Assembly: GCF_964355755.1 (NCBI RefSeq)
Contig: NC_092678.1
Span: 9,440,422-9,504,421, forward strand
Direction: 5' to 3'
Length of the DNA stretch: 64,000 nucleotides
Source: Antedon mediterranea
Taxonomy: Eukaryota; Animalia; Echinodermata
A program made the position numbers and the translations under genes. Below the pieces are notes generated by a model. It did not search any database, was not told the origin of the DNA, and worked only from the letters and a program-made list of their open reading frames with translations. How positions within the stretch are numbered: position 1 is the stretch's first letter; each line of letters starts with the position of its first letter. Positions 28,684-43,521 of the stretch are shown here, piece after piece.

Positions 28684-31600
28684 TCTAACTCTCTCTCTCT
28701 CTGATCTATCTCTCTCTCTCGCTGAACTATATCTCTCTTGATGATCTATCTCTCTCTCTCTCTCGCTGATCTATCTATCTCTCTCTCGCTGATCTATCTC
28801 TCTCTCGCTGATCTATCTCTCTCTCGCTGATCTATCTATCTCTCTCACGCTGATCTATCTCTCTCTCGCTGATCTATCTATCTCTGTCTCGCTGATCTAT
28901 CTATCTCTCTCTCGCTTATCTATCTATCTCTCTCTCGCTGATCTCTCTCTCTCTCGCTGATCTAACTCTCTCTCTCTGATCTATCTCTCTCTCTCGCTGA
29001 TCTATCTCTCTCTTGCTGATCTATCTCTCTCTCTCTCTCGCTGATCTATCTATCTCTCTCTCGCTGATCTATCTCTCTCTCGCTGATCTATCTCTCGCGC
29101 GCTGATCTATCTATCTCTCTCGCTGATCTATCTCTCTCTCGCTGATCTATCTCTCTCTCGCTGATCTATCTATCTCTCTCGCTGTTCTATCTATCTCTCT
29201 CTCGCTGATCTATCTGTGTCTCGCTGATCTGTCTCTCTCTCTCTCGTTGATCTATCTATCTCTCTCTCGCTGATCTATCTCTCTCTCGCTGATCTATCTA
29301 TCTCTCTTACGCTGATCTATCTATCTCTCTCTCTCGCTGATCTATCTCTCTCTCGCTGATCGATCTATCTATCTCTCTCTCGCTGATCTATCTATCTCTC
29401 TCTCGCTGATCTATCTCTGTCTCGCTGATCTATCTATCTCTCTCATGCTGATCTATCTCTCTCCCGCTGATCTATCTATCTCTCTCTCGCTGATCGATCT
29501 ATCTATCTCTGTCTCGCTGATCTATCTATCTCTTTCTTGCTGATCTATCTATCTCTCTCTGATCTATCTATCTCTCTCTCGCTGATCTATCTCTCTCTCG
29601 ATGATCTATCTCTCTCTCGCTGATCTATCTATCTCTCTCGCTGATCTATCTATCTCTCACTGATCTATCTGTGTCTCTCTGATCTGTCTCTCCCTCGCTG
29701 ATGTATCTCTCTCTCGCTGAACTATATCTCTCTCACTGATCTATCTCTCTCTCGCTGATCTATCTCTCTCTCGCTGATCTATCTCTCTCTCGCTGATCTA
29801 TCTCTCTCGCTTATCTATCTATCTCTCTCCCGCTGATCTATCTATATCTCTCTCGCTGATCTATCTATCTCTCTCGGATCTATCTCTCTCTCGCTGATCT
29901 ATCTATCTCTCTCGCTGATCTATCTCTCTCTCGCTGGTCTATCTATCTCTCTCTCGCTGATCTATCTCTCTCTCGCTGATCGATCTATCTATCTCTCTCT
30001 CGCTGATCTATATATCTCTCTCTCGCTGATCTATCTCTCTCTCGCTGATCTATCTCTCTCTGGCTGATCTATCTATCTCTCTCTCGATGATCTATCTCTC
30101 TCGCTGATCTATCTATCTCTCTCTCGCTGATCTATCTCTCTCTCGCTGATCTATCTCTCTCTCTCGCTGATCTATCTCTCTCGCTGATCTATCTATCTCT
30201 CTCTTTCGCTGATCTATCTCTTTCTCTCGCTGATCTATCTCTCTCGCTGATCTATCTCTCTCGCTGATCTATCTCTCTCGCTGATCTATCTCTCTCTCGC
30301 TGATCTATCTCTCTCTCCTCGATCTATCTATCTCACTCTCGCTGATCTATCTATCTCTCTCTCGCTGATCTACCTATCTCTCTCTCGCTGATCTATCTCT
30401 CTCTCGCTGATCTACCTCTCTCTCTCTCTATCTCTCGCTGATCTATCTCTCTCTCTCTCTCTCTCTCGCTGATCTAACTCTCTCTCTCTCTCTCTGATCT
30501 ATCTCTCTCTCGCTGATCTATCTCTCTCTTGATGATCTATCTCTCTCTCTCTCTCGCTGATCTATCTATCTCTCTCTCGCTGATCTATCTCTCTCTCGCT
30601 GATCTATCTCTCTCTCGCTGATCTATCTATCTCTCTCACGCTGATCTATCTCTCTCTCGCTGATCTATCTATCTCTGTCTCGCTGATCTATCTATCTCTC
30701 TCTCGCTGATCTATCTATCTCTCTCTCGCTGATCTCTCTCTCTCTCTCGCTGATCTATCTCTCTCTCTCTAGCTGATCTATCTCTCTCTCGCTGATCTAT
30801 CTCTCTTTCTTTCGCTGATCTATCTCTCTCTCGCTGATCTATCTCTCTCTCTCTCACTGATCTATCTCTCTCTCGCTGATCTATCTCTCTCTTGCTGATC
30901 TAACTCTCTCTCTCTGATCTATCTCTCTCTCGCTGATCTATCTCTCTCTCGCTGATCTAACTATCTCTCTCTCTGATCTATCTCTCTCTCTCTCGCTGAT
31001 CTATCTCTCTCTCGCTGATCTATCTCTCTCTCGCTGATCTATCTCTCTCTCGCTGATCTATCTCTCTCTCGCTGATCTATCTCTCTCGCTGATCTATCTA
31101 TCTCTCTCCCGCTGATCTATCTATATCTCTCTCGCTGATCTATCTATCTCTCTCGGGTCTATCTCTCTCTCGCTGATCTATCTATCTCTCTCGCTGGTCT
31201 ATCTATCTCTCTCTCGCTGGTCTATCTATCTCTCTCTCGCTGATCTATCTCTCTCTCGCTGATCGATCTATCTATCTCTCTCTCGCTGATCTATATGTCT
31301 CTCTCTCGCTGATCTATCTCTCTCTCGCTGATCTATCTCTCTCTGGCTGATCTATCTATCTCTCTCTCGCTGATCTATCTCTCTCTCGCTGATCTATCTA
31401 TCTCTCTCACGCTGATCTATCTCTCTCTCGCTGATCTATCTATCTCTGTCTCGCTGATCTATCTATCTCTCTCTCGCTGATCTATCTATCTCTCTCTCGC
31501 TGATCTCTCTCTCTCTCGCTGATCTATCTCTCTCTCTCTAGCTGATCTATCTCTCTCTCGCTGATCTATCTCTCTTTCTTTCGCTGATCTATCTCTCTCT

Positions 31601-34600
31601 CGCTGATCTATCTCTCTCTCTCTCACTGATCTATCTCTCTCTCGCTGATCTATCTCTCTCTTGCTGATCTAACTCTCTCTCTCTGATCTATCTCTCTCTC
31701 GCTGATCTATCTCTCTCTCGCTGATCTAACTATCTCTCTCTCTGATCTATCTCTCTCTCTCTCGCTGATCTATCTCTCTCTCGCTGATCTATCTCTCTCT
31801 CGCTGATCTATCTCTCTCTCGCTGATCTATCTCTCTCTCGCTGATCTATCTCTCTCGCTGATCTATCTATCTCTCTCCCGCTGATCTATCTATATCTCTC
31901 TCGCTGATCTATCTATCTCTCTCGGGTCTATCTCTCTCTCGCTGATCTATCTATCTCTCTCGCTGATCTATCTCTCTCTCGCTGGTCTATCTATCTCTCT
32001 CTCGCTGATCTATCTCTCTCTCGCTGATCGATCTATCTATCTCTCTCTCGCTGATCTATATGTCTCTCTCTCGCTGATCTATCTCTCTCTCGCTGATCTA
32101 TCTCTCTCTGGCTGATCTATCTATCTCTCTCTCGATGATCTATCTCTCTCGCTGATCTATCTATCTCTCTCTCGCTGATTTATCTCTCTCTCGCTGATCT
32201 ATCTCTCTCTCTCGCTGATCTATCTCTCTCGCTGATCTATCTATCTCTCTCTTTCGCTGATCTATCTCTTTCTCTCGCTGATCTATCTCTCTCGCTGATC
32301 TATCTCTCTCGCTGATCTATCTCTCTCTCGCTGATCTATCTCTCTCTCCTCGATCTATCTATCTCACTCTCGCTGATCTATCTCTCTCTCTCTCGCTGAT
32401 CTACCTATCTCTCTCTCGCTGATCTATCTCTCTCTCGCTGATCTACCTCTCTCTCTCTATCTCTCGCTGATCTATCTCTCTCTCTCTCTCTCTCGCTGAT
32501 CTAACTCTCTCTCTCTCTCTCTCTTATCTATCTCTCTCTCTCTCGCTGATCTATCTCTCTCTTGATGATCTATCTCTCTCTCTCTCGCTGATCTATCTAT
32601 CTCTCTCTCGCTGATCTATCTCTCTCTCGCTGATCTATCTCTCTCTCGCTGATCTATCTATCTCTCACGCTGATCTATCTCTCTCTCGCTGATCTATCTA
32701 TCTCTGTCTCGCTGATCTATCTATCTCTCTCTCGCTGATCTATCTATCTTTCTCTCTCGCTGATCTCTCTCTCTCTCGCTGATCTAACTCTCTCTCTCTG
32801 ATCTATCTCTCTCTCTCGCTGATCTATCTCTCTCTTGCTGATCTATCTCTCTCTCTCTCTCGCTGATCTATCTATCTCTCTCTCGCTGATCTATCTCTCT
32901 CTCGCTGATCTATCTCTCGCGCGCTGATCTATCTATCTCTCTCGCTGATCTATCTCTCTCTCGCTGATCTATCTCTCTCTCGCTGATCTATCTATCTCTC
33001 TCGCTGATCTATCTATCTCTCTCTCGCTGATCTATCTGTGTCTCGCTGATCTGTCTCTCTCTCTCTCGCTGATCTATCTATCTCTCTCTCGCTGATCTAT
33101 CTCTCTCTCGCTGATCTATCTATCTCTCCCACGCTGATCTATCTATCTCTTTCTCTCGCTGATCTATCTCTCTCTCGCTGATCGATCTATCTATCTCTCT
33201 CTCGCTGATCTATCTATCTCTCTCTCGCTGATCTATCTCTGTCTCGCTGATCTATCTATCTCTCTCACGCTGATCTATCTCTCTCCCGCTGATCTATCTA
33301 TCTCTCTCTCGCTGATCGATCTATCTATCTCTGTCTCGCTGATCTATCTATCTCTCTCTTGCTGATCTATCTATCTCTCTCTGATCTATCTATCTCTCTC
33401 TCGCTGATCTATCTCTCTCTCGATGATCTATCTCTCTCTCGCTGATCTATCTATCTCTCTCGCTGATCTATCTATCTCTCACTGATCTATCTGTGTCTCT
33501 CTGATCTGTCTCTCCCTAGTTGATGTATCTCTCTCTCGCTGAACTATATCTCTCTCACTGATCTATCTCTCTCTCGCTGATCTATCTCTCTCTCGCTGAT
33601 CTATCTCTCTCTCGCTGATCTATCTCTCTCGCTGATCTATCTATCTCTCTCTCTCTCTCTCGCTGATCTATCTCTCTCTCGCTGATCGATCTATCTATCT
33701 CTCTCTCTCTCGCTGATCTATCTCTCTCTCTCGCTGATCTATCTATCTCTCTCACGCTGATCTATCTCTCTCCCGCTGATCTATCTATCTCTCTCTCGCT
33801 GATCTATCTATCTCTCTCGCCGATCTATCTCTCTCTCGCTGATCTATCTATCTCTCTCGCTGATCTATCTCTCTCTCGCTGATCTATCTATCTCTCTCTC
33901 GCTGATCTATCTCTCTCTCGCTGATCTATATCTCTCTCGCTGATCGATCTATCTATCTCTCTCTCTCGCTGATCTATATATCTCTCTCTCGCTGATCTAT
34001 CTCTCTCGCTGATCTATCTCTCTCTCGCTGATCTATCTATCTCTCTCTCGATGATCTATCTCTCTCTTGATGATCTATCTATCTCTCTCTCGCTGATCTA
34101 TCTCTCTCTCGCTGATCTATCTCTCTCTCGCTGATCTATCTCTCTCTCGCTGATCTATCTATCTCTCGCTGATCTATCTATCTCTGTCTCGCTGATCTAT
34201 CTATCTCTCTCTCGCTGATCTATCTATCTCTCTCTCGCTGATCTCTCTCTCTCTCGCTGATCTATCTCTCTCTCTCTAGCTGATCTATCTCTCTCTCGCT
34301 GATCTATCTCTCTTTCTTTCGCTGATCTATCTCTCTCTCGCTGATCTATCTCTCTCTCTCTCGCTGATCTATCTCTCTCTCGCTGATCTATCTCTCTCTC
34401 GCTGATCTAACTCTCTCTCTGATCTATCTCTCTCTCGCTGATCTATCTCTCTCTCGCTGATCTAACTATCTCTCTCTCTGATCTATCTCTCTCTCTCTCG
34501 CTGATCTATCTCTCTCTCGCTGATCTATCTCTCTCTCGCTGATCTATCTCTCTCTCGCTGATCTATCTCTCTTGCGCTGATCTATCTATCTTTCTCTCGC

Positions 34601-37297
34601 TGATCTATCTCTCTCTCACTGATCTATCTCTCTCTCGCTGATCTATCTCTCTCTCTTTCGCTGATCTATCTGTGTCTCGCTGATCTGTCTCTCTCTCGCT
34701 GATGTATATCTCTCTCACTGATCTATCTCTCTCTCTCGCTGATCTATCTCTCTCTCTCGCTGATCTATCTCTCTCTCGCTGATCTATCTCTCTCGCTGAT
34801 CTATCTATCTCTCTCTCTCTCGCTGATCTATCTCTCTCTCGCTGATCGATCTATCTATCTCTCTCTCGCTGATCTATCTCTCTCTCGCTGATCTTTCTAT
34901 CTCTCTCACGCTGATCTATCTCTCTCCCACTGATCTATCTATCTCTCTCTCGCTGATCTATCTATCTCTCTCGCCGATCTATCTCTCTCTCTCGCTGATC
35001 TATCTATCTCTCTCGCTGATCTATCTCTCTCTCGCTGGTCTATCTATCTCTCTCTCGCTGATCTATCTCTCTCTCGCTGATCGATCTATCTATCTCTCTC
35101 TCTCGCTGATCTATATATCTCTCTCTCGCTGATCTATCTCTCTCTCGCTGATCTATCTCTCTCTGGCTAATCTATCTATCTCTCTCTCGATGATCTATCT
35201 CTCTCGCTGATCTATCTATCTCTCTCTCGCTGATCTATCTCTCTCTCGCTGATCTATCTCTCTCTCTCGCTGATCTATCTCTCTCGCTGATCTATCTATC
35301 TCTCTCTTTCGCTGATCTATCTCTTTCTCTCGCTGATCTATCTCTCTCGCTGATCTATCTCTCTCGCTGATCTATCTCTCTCTCGCTGATCTATCTCTCT
35401 CTCCTCGATCTATCTATCTCACTCTCGCTGATCTATCTATCTTTCTCTCACTGATCTACCTATCTCTCTCTCGCTGATCTATCTCTCTCTCGCTGATCTA
35501 CCTCTCTCTCTCTATCTCTCGCTGATCTATCTCTCTCTCTCTCTCTCTCTCTCGCTGATCTAACTCTCTCTCTCTCTCTGATCTATCTCTCTCTCTCGCT
35601 GATCTATCTCTCTCTTGATGATCTATCTCTCTCTCTCTCGCTGATCTATCTATCTCTCTCTCGCTGATCTATCTCTCTCTCGCTGATCTATCTCTCTCTC
35701 GCTGATCTATCTATCTCTCTCACGCTGATCTATCTCTCTCTCGCTGATCTATCTATCTCTGTCTCGCTGATCTATCTATCTCTCTCTCGCTTATCTATCT
35801 ATCTCTCTCTCGCTGATCTCTCTCTCTCTCGCTGATCTAACTCTCTCTCTCTGATCTATCTCTCTCTCTCGCTGATCTTTCTCTCTCTTGCTGATCTATC
35901 TCTCTCTCTCTCGCTGATCTATCTATCTCTCTCTCACTGATCTATCTCTCTCGCTGATCTATCTCTCGCGCGCTGATCTATCTATCTCTCTCGCTGATCT
36001 ATCTCTCTCTCGCTGATCTATCTCTCTCTCGCTGATCTATCTATCTCTCTCGCTGATCTATCTATCTCTCTCTCGCTGATCTATCTGTGTCTCGCTGATC
36101 TGTCTCTCTCTCTCTCGCTGATCTATCTATCTCTCTCTCGCTGATCTATCTCTCTCTCGCTGATCTATCTATCTCTCTCACGCTGATCTATCTATCTCTC
36201 TCTCTCGCTGATCTATCTCTCTCTCGCTGATCGATCTATCTATCTCTCTCTCGCTGATCTATCTATCTCTCTCTCGCTGATCTATCTCTATCTCGCTGAT
36301 CTATCTATCTCTCTCACGCTGATCTATCTCTCTCCCGCTGATCTATCTATCTCTCTCTCGCTGATCGATCTATCTATCTCTGTCTCGCTGATCTATCTAT
36401 CTCTCTCTTGCTGATCTATCTATCTCTCTCTGATCTATCTATCTCTCTCTCGCTGATCTATCTCTCTCTCGATGATCTATCTCTCTCTCGTTGATCTATC
36501 TATCTCTCTCGCTGATCTATCTATCTCTCACTGATCTATCTGTGTCTCTCTGATCTGTCTCTCCCTCGCTGATGTATCTCTCTCTCGCTGAACTATATCT
36601 CTCTCACTGATCTATCTCTCTCTCGCTGATCTATCTCTCTCTCGCTGATCTATCTCTCTCTCGCTGATCTATCTCTCTCGCTGATCTATCTATCTCTCTC
36701 CCGCTGATCTATCTATATCTCTCTCGCTGATCTATCTATCTCTCTCGGGTCTATCTCTCTCTCGCTGATCTATCTATCTCTCTCGCTGATCTATCTCTCT
36801 CTCGCTGGTCTATCTATCTCTCTCTCGCTGATCTATCTCTCTCTCGCTGATCGATCTATCTATCTCTCTTTCTCGCTGATCTATATATCTCTCTCTCGCT
36901 GATCTATCTCTCTCTCGCTGATCTATCTCTCTCTGGCTGATCTATCTATCTCTCTCTCGATGATCTATCTCTCTCGCTGATCTATCTATCTCTCTCTCGC
37001 TGATCTATCTCTCTCTCGCTGATCTATCTCTCTCTCTCGCTGATCTATCTCTCTCGCTGATCTATCTATCTTTCTCTTTCGCTGATCTATCTCTTTCTCT
37101 CGCTGATCTATCTCTCTCGCTGATCTATCTCTCTCGCTGATCTATCTCTCTCTCGCTGATCTATCTCTCTCTCCTCGATCTATCTATCTCACTCTCGCTG
37201 ATCTATCTATCTCTCTCTCGCTGATCTACCTATCTCTCTCTCGCTGATCTATCTCTCTCTCGCTGATCTACCTCTCTCTCTCTCTATCTCTCGCTGA

Positions 37298-37330
<33 letters not shown>

Positions 37331-40300
37331 TCTAACTCTCTCTCTCTCTCTCTGATCTATCTCTCTCTCTCGCTGATCTATCTCTCTCTTGATGATCTAT
37401 CTCTCTCTCTCTCGCTGATCTATCTATCTCTCTCTCGCTGATCTATCTCTCTCTCGCTGATCTATCTCTCTCTCGCTGATCTATCTATCTCTCTCACGCT
37501 GATCTATCTCTCTCTCGCTGATCTATCTATCTCTGTCTCGCTGATCTATCTATCTCTCTCTCGCTTATCTATCTATCTCTCTCTCGCTGATCTCTCTCTC
37601 TCTCGCTGATCTAACTCTCTCTCTCTGATCTATCTCTCTCTCTCGCTGATCTTTCTCTCTCTTGCTGATCTATCTCTCTCTCTCTCTCGCTGATCTATCT
37701 ATCTCTCTCTCACTGATCTATCTCTCTCTCGCTGATCTATCTCTCGCGCGCTGATCTATCTATCTCTCTCGCTGATCTATCTCTCTCTCGCTGATCTATC
37801 TCTCTCTCGCTGATCTATCTATCTCTCTCGCTGATCTATCTATCTCTCTCTCGCTGATCTATCTGTGTCTCGCTGATCTGTCTCTCTCTCTCTCGCTGAT
37901 CTATCTATCTCTCTCTCGCTGATCTATCTCTCTCTCGCTGATCTATCTATCTCTCTCACGCTGATCTATCTATCTCTCTCTCTCGCTGATCTATCTCTCT
38001 CTCGCTGATCGATCTATCTATCTCTCTCTCGCTGATCTATCTATCTCTCTCTCGCTGATCTATCTCTGTCTCGCTGATCTATCTATCTCTCTCACGCTGA
38101 TCTATCTCTCTCCCGCTGATCTATCAGTCTCTCTCTCGCTGATCGATCTATCTATCTCTGTCTCGCTGATCTATCTATCTCTCTCTTGCTGATCTATCTA
38201 TCTCTCTCTCATATATCTATCTCTCTCTCGCTGATCTATCTATCTCTCTCGCTGATCTATCTATCTCTCACTGATCTATCTGTGTCTCTCTGATCTGTCC
38301 TTCCCTCGCTGATGTATCTCTCTCTCGCTGAACTATATCTCTCTCACTGATCTATCTCTCTCTCGCTGATCTATCTCTCTCTCGCTGATCTATCTCTCTC
38401 TCGCTGATCTATCTCTCTCGCTGATCTATCTATCTCTCTCCCGCTGATCTATCTATATCTCTCTCGCTGATCTATCTATCTCTCTCGGGTCTATCTCTCT
38501 CTCGCTGATCTATCTATCTCTCTCGCTGATCTATCTCTCTCTCGCTGGTCTATCTATCTCTCTCTCGCTGATCTATCTCTCTCTCGCTGATCGATCTATC
38601 TATCTCTCTCTCGCTGATCTATATATCTCTCTCTCGCTGATCTATCTCTCTCTCGCTGATCTATCTCTCTCTGGCTGATCTATCTATCTCTCTCTCTCGA
38701 TGATCTATCTCTCTCGCTGATCTATCTATCTCTCTCTCGCTGATCTATCTCTCTCTCGCTGATCTATCTCTCTCTCTCGCTGATCTATCTCTCTCGCTGA
38801 TCTATCTATCTCTCTCTTTCGCTGATCTATCTCTTTCTCTCGCTGATCTATCTCTCTCGCTGATCTATCTCTCTCGCTGATCTATCTCTCTCTCGCTGAT
38901 CTATCTCTCTCTCCTCGATCTATCTATCTCACTCTCGCTGATCTATCTATCTCTCTCTCGCTGATCTACCTATCTCTCTCTCGCTGATCTATCTCTCTCT
39001 CGCTGATCTACCTCTCTCTCTCTCTATCTCTCGCTGATCTATCTCTCTCTCTCTCTCTCTCTCTCGCTGATCTAACTCTCTCTCTCTCTCTGATCTATCT
39101 CTCTCTCTCGCTGATCTATCTCTCTCTTGATGATCTATCTCTCTCTCTCTCGCTGATCTATCTATCTCTCTCTCGCTGATCTATCTCTCTCTCGCTGATC
39201 TATCTCTCTCTCGCTGATCTATCTATCTCTCTCACGCTGATCTATCTCTCTCTCGCTGATCTATCTATCTCTGTCTCGCTGATCTATCTATCTCTCTCTC
39301 GCTGATCTATCTATCTCTCTCTCGCTGATCTCTCTCTCTCTCGCTGATCTAACTCTCTCTCTCTGATCTATCTCTCTCTCTCGCTGATCTATCTCTCTCT
39401 TGCTGATCTATCTCTCTCTCTCTCTCTCGCTGATCTATCTATCTCTCTCTCGCTGATCTATCTCTCTCTCGCTGATCTATCTCTCGCGCGCTGATCTATC
39501 TATCTCTCTCGCTGATCTATCTCTCTCTCGCTGATCTATCTCTCTCTCGCTGATCTATCTCTCTCTCTCGCTGATCTATCTATCTCTCTCTCGCTGATCT
39601 ATCTGTGTCTCGCTGATCTGTCTCTCTCTCTCTCGCTGATCTATCTATCTCTCTCTCGCTGATCTATCTCTCTCTCGCTGATCTATCTATCTCTCCCACG
39701 CTGATCTATCTATCTCTCTCTCTCGCTGATCTATCTCTCTCTCGCTGATCGATCTATCTATCTCTCTCTCGCTGATCTATCTATCTCTCTCTCGCTGATC
39801 TATCTCTGTCTCGCTGATCTATCTATCTCTCTCACGCTGATCTATCTCTCTCCCGCTGATCTATCTATCTCTCTCTCGCTGATCGATCTATCTATCTCTC
39901 TCTTGCTGATCTATCTATCTCTCTCTGATCTATCTATCTCTCTCTCGCTGATCTATCTCTCTCTCGATGATCTATCTCTCTCTCGCTGATCTATCTATCT
40001 CTCTCGCTGATCTATCTATCTCTCACTGATCTAACTGTGTCTCTCTGATCTGTCTCTCCCTCGCTGATGTATCTCTCTCTCGCTGAACTATATCTCTCTC
40101 ACTGATCTATCTCTCTCTCGCTGATCTATCTCTCTCTCGCTGATCTATCTCTCTCTCGCTGATCTATCTCTCTCGCTGATCTATCTATCTCTCTCTCTCT
40201 CTCGCTGATCTATCTCTCTCTCGCTGATCGATCTATCTATCTCTCTCTCTCTCGCTGATCTATCTCTCTCTCTCGCTGATCTATCTATCTCTCTCACGCT

Positions 40301-43230
40301 GATCTATCTCTCTCCCGCTGATCTATCTATCTCTCTCTCGCTGATCTATCTATCTCTCTCGCCGATCTATCTCTCTCTCGCTGATCTATCTATCTCTCTC
40401 GCTGATCTATCTCTCTCTCGCTGACCTATCTATCTCTCTCTCGCTGATCTATCTCTCTCTCGCTGATCTATATCTCTCTCGCTGATCGATCTATCTATCT
40501 CTCTCTCTCGCTGATCTATATATCTCTCTCTCGCTGATCTATCTCTCTCGCTGATCTATCTCTCTCTCGCTGATCTATCTATCTCTCTCTCGATGATCTA
40601 TCTCTCTCGCTGATCTATCTATCTCTCTCTCGCTGATCTATCTCTCTCTCGCTGATCTATCTCTCTCTCGCTTATCTATCTCTCTCTCGTTGATCTATCT
40701 CTCTCGCTGATCTACCTATCTCTCTCTCGCTGATCTATTTCTCTCTCGCTGATCTACCTCTCTCTCTCTCTATCTCTCGCTGATCTATCTATCTCTCTCT
40801 CTCTCTCTCGCTGATCTAACTCTCTCTCTCTCTCTGATCTATCTCTCTCTCTCGCTGATCTATCTCTCTCTTGATGATCTATCTCTCTCTCTCTCGCTTA
40901 TCTATCTATCTCTCTCTCGCTGATCTATCTCTCTCTCGCTGATCTATCTCTCTCTCGCTGATCTATCTATCTCTCTCACGCTGATCTATCTCTCTCTCGC
41001 TGATCTATCTATCTCTGTCTCGCTGATCTATCTATCTCTCTCTCGCTGATCTATCTATCTCTCTCTCGCTGATCTCTCTCTCTCTCGCTGATCTAACTCT
41101 CTCTCTCTGATCTATCTCTCTCTCTCGCTGATCTATCTCTCTCTTGCTGATCTATCTCTCTCTCTCTCTCGCTGATCTATCTATCTCTCTCTCGCTGATC
41201 TATCTCTCTCTCGCTGATCTATCTCTCGCGCGCTGATCTATCTATCTCTCTCGCTGATCTATCTCTCTCTCGCTGATCTATCTCTCTCTCGCTGATCTAT
41301 CTATCTCTCTCGCTGATCTATCTATCTCTCTCTCGCTGATCTATCTGTGTCTCGCTGATCTGTCTCTCTCTCTCTCGCTGATCTATCTATCTCTCTCTCG
41401 CTGATCTATCTCTCTCTCGCTGATCTATCTATCTCTCCCACGCTGATCTATCTATCTCTCTCTCTCGCTGATCTATCTCTCTCTCGCTGATCGATCTATC
41501 TATCTCTCTCTCGCTGATCTATCTATCTCTCTCTCGCTGATCTATCTCTGTCTCGCTGATCTATCTATCTCTCTCACGCTGATCTATCTCTCTCCCGCTG
41601 ATCTATCTATCTCTCTCTCGCTGATCGATCTATCTATCTCTGTCTCGCTGATCTATCTATCTCTCTCTTGCTGATCTATCTATCTCTCTCTGATCTATCT
41701 ATCTCTCTCTCGCTGATCTATCTCTCTCTCGATGATCTATCTCTCTCTCGCTGATCTATCTATCTCTCTCGCTGATCTATCTATCTCTCACTGATCTATC
41801 TGTGTCTCTCTGATCTGTCTCTCCCTCGCTGATGTATCTCTCTCTCGCTGAACTATATCTCTCTCACTGATCTATCTCTCTCTCGCTGATCTATCTCTCT
41901 CTCGCTGATCTATCTCTCTCTCGCTGATCTATCTCTCTCGCTGATCTATCTATCTTTCTCTCTCTCGCTGATCTATCTCTCTCTCGCTGATCGATCTATC
42001 TATCTCTCTCTCTCTCGCTGATCTATCTCTCTCTCTCGCTGATCTATCTATCTCTCTCACGCTGATCTATCTCTCTCCCGCTGATCTATCTATCTCTCTC
42101 TCACTGATCTATCTATCTCTCTCGCCGATCTATCTCTCTCTCTCGCTGATCTATCTATCTCTCTCGCTGATCTATCTCTCTCTCACTGACCTATCTATCT
42201 CTCTCTCGCTGATCTATCTCTCTCTCGCTGATCTATATCTCTCTCGCTGATCGATCTATCTATCTCTCTCTCTCTCGCTGATCTATATATCTCTCTCTCG
42301 CTGATCTATCTCTCTCGCTGATCTATCTCTCTCTCGCTGATCTCTCTATCTCTCTCTCGATGATCTATCTCTCTCGCTGATCTATCTATCTCTCTCTTGC
42401 TGATCTATCTCTCTCTCTCGCTGATCTATCTCTCTCTCGCTGATCTATCTCTCTCTCGTTGATCTATCTCTCTCGCTGATCTATCTATCTCTCTCTTTCG
42501 CTGATCTATCTCTCTCTCGCTGATCTATATCTCTCTCACTGATCTATCTCTCTCTCGCTGATCTATCTCTCTCTCGCTGATCTATCTCTCTCTCGCTGAT
42601 CTATCTCTCTAGCTGATCTATCTATCTCTCTCTCTCGCTGATCTATCTTTCTCTCGCTGATCGATCTATCTATCTCTCTCTCGCTGATCTATCTCTCTCT
42701 CTAGCTGATCTATCTATCTCTCTCTCTCGCTGATCTATCTCTCTCTCGCTGATCTATCTATCTCTCACTGATCTATCTGTGTCTCGCTGATCTGTCTCTC
42801 TCTCGCTGATGTATCTCTCTCTCGCTGAACTATATCTCTCTCACTGATCTATCTCTCTCTCGCTGATCTATCTCTCTCTCGCTGATCTATCTCTCTCTCG
42901 CTGATCTATCTCTCTCGCTGATCTATCTATCTCTCTCTCTCTCTGATCTATCTCTCTCTCTCGCTGATCGATCTATCTATCTCTCTCTCGCTGATCTATC
43001 TCTCTCTCTCTCGCTGATCTATCTATCTCTCTCACGCTGATCTATCTCTCTCCCGCTGATCTATCTATATCTCTCTCGCTGATCTATCTATCTCTCTCGC
43101 GGATCTATCTCTCCCTCTTGCTGATCTATCTATCTCTCTTGCTGATCTATCTCTCTCTCGCGGATCTATCTATCTCTCTTTCGCTGATCTATCTCTCTCT
43201 CGCTGATCGATCTATCTATCTCTCTCTCGC

Positions 43231-43521
43231 AGTCTCAGGAGTGCTCGTACTGGAAGATTGCGATCCGCGGCTGCTGACACAAACCGATATCTTTTCTCCT
43301 TTCTGCCCACAGGTATCAGGAGACATCAGCGACATTCATCCAGATGAGCACCATGAAATAATATGTAATAATATGTTCTTGTTGTGAGTTTTTAATATTG
43401 GTATTGTTGTATTGTCATGTTATTTTATATATTGTAATTATGATGTATTTGAAGACGAGCAATGTAAATTTTCTCCTTGTGGGAAAGAAATAAAGATTAT
43501 ACTTGATACTTGATACTTGAT
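43231..43521 (+). mobile_element. 5'-truncated non-LTR retrotransposon 3' end (Rex/Babar or L2/CR1 group)
   Basis: 43231-43347 translates SLRSARTGRLRSAAADTNRYLFSFLPTGIRRHQRHSSR*, resembling the ORF2 C-terminal motif TxRxxxSFxPxxIR. It is followed by an AT-rich 3' UTR, AATAAA at 43489 and a (ACTTGAT)3 tail at 43501-43521. Confidence 0.85.

Noticed and set aside
43118-43387. 89-aa ORF crossing the satellite/LINE junction
   Set aside because: The first half is translated satellite; the LINE protein remnant is in a different frame (43231-43347).
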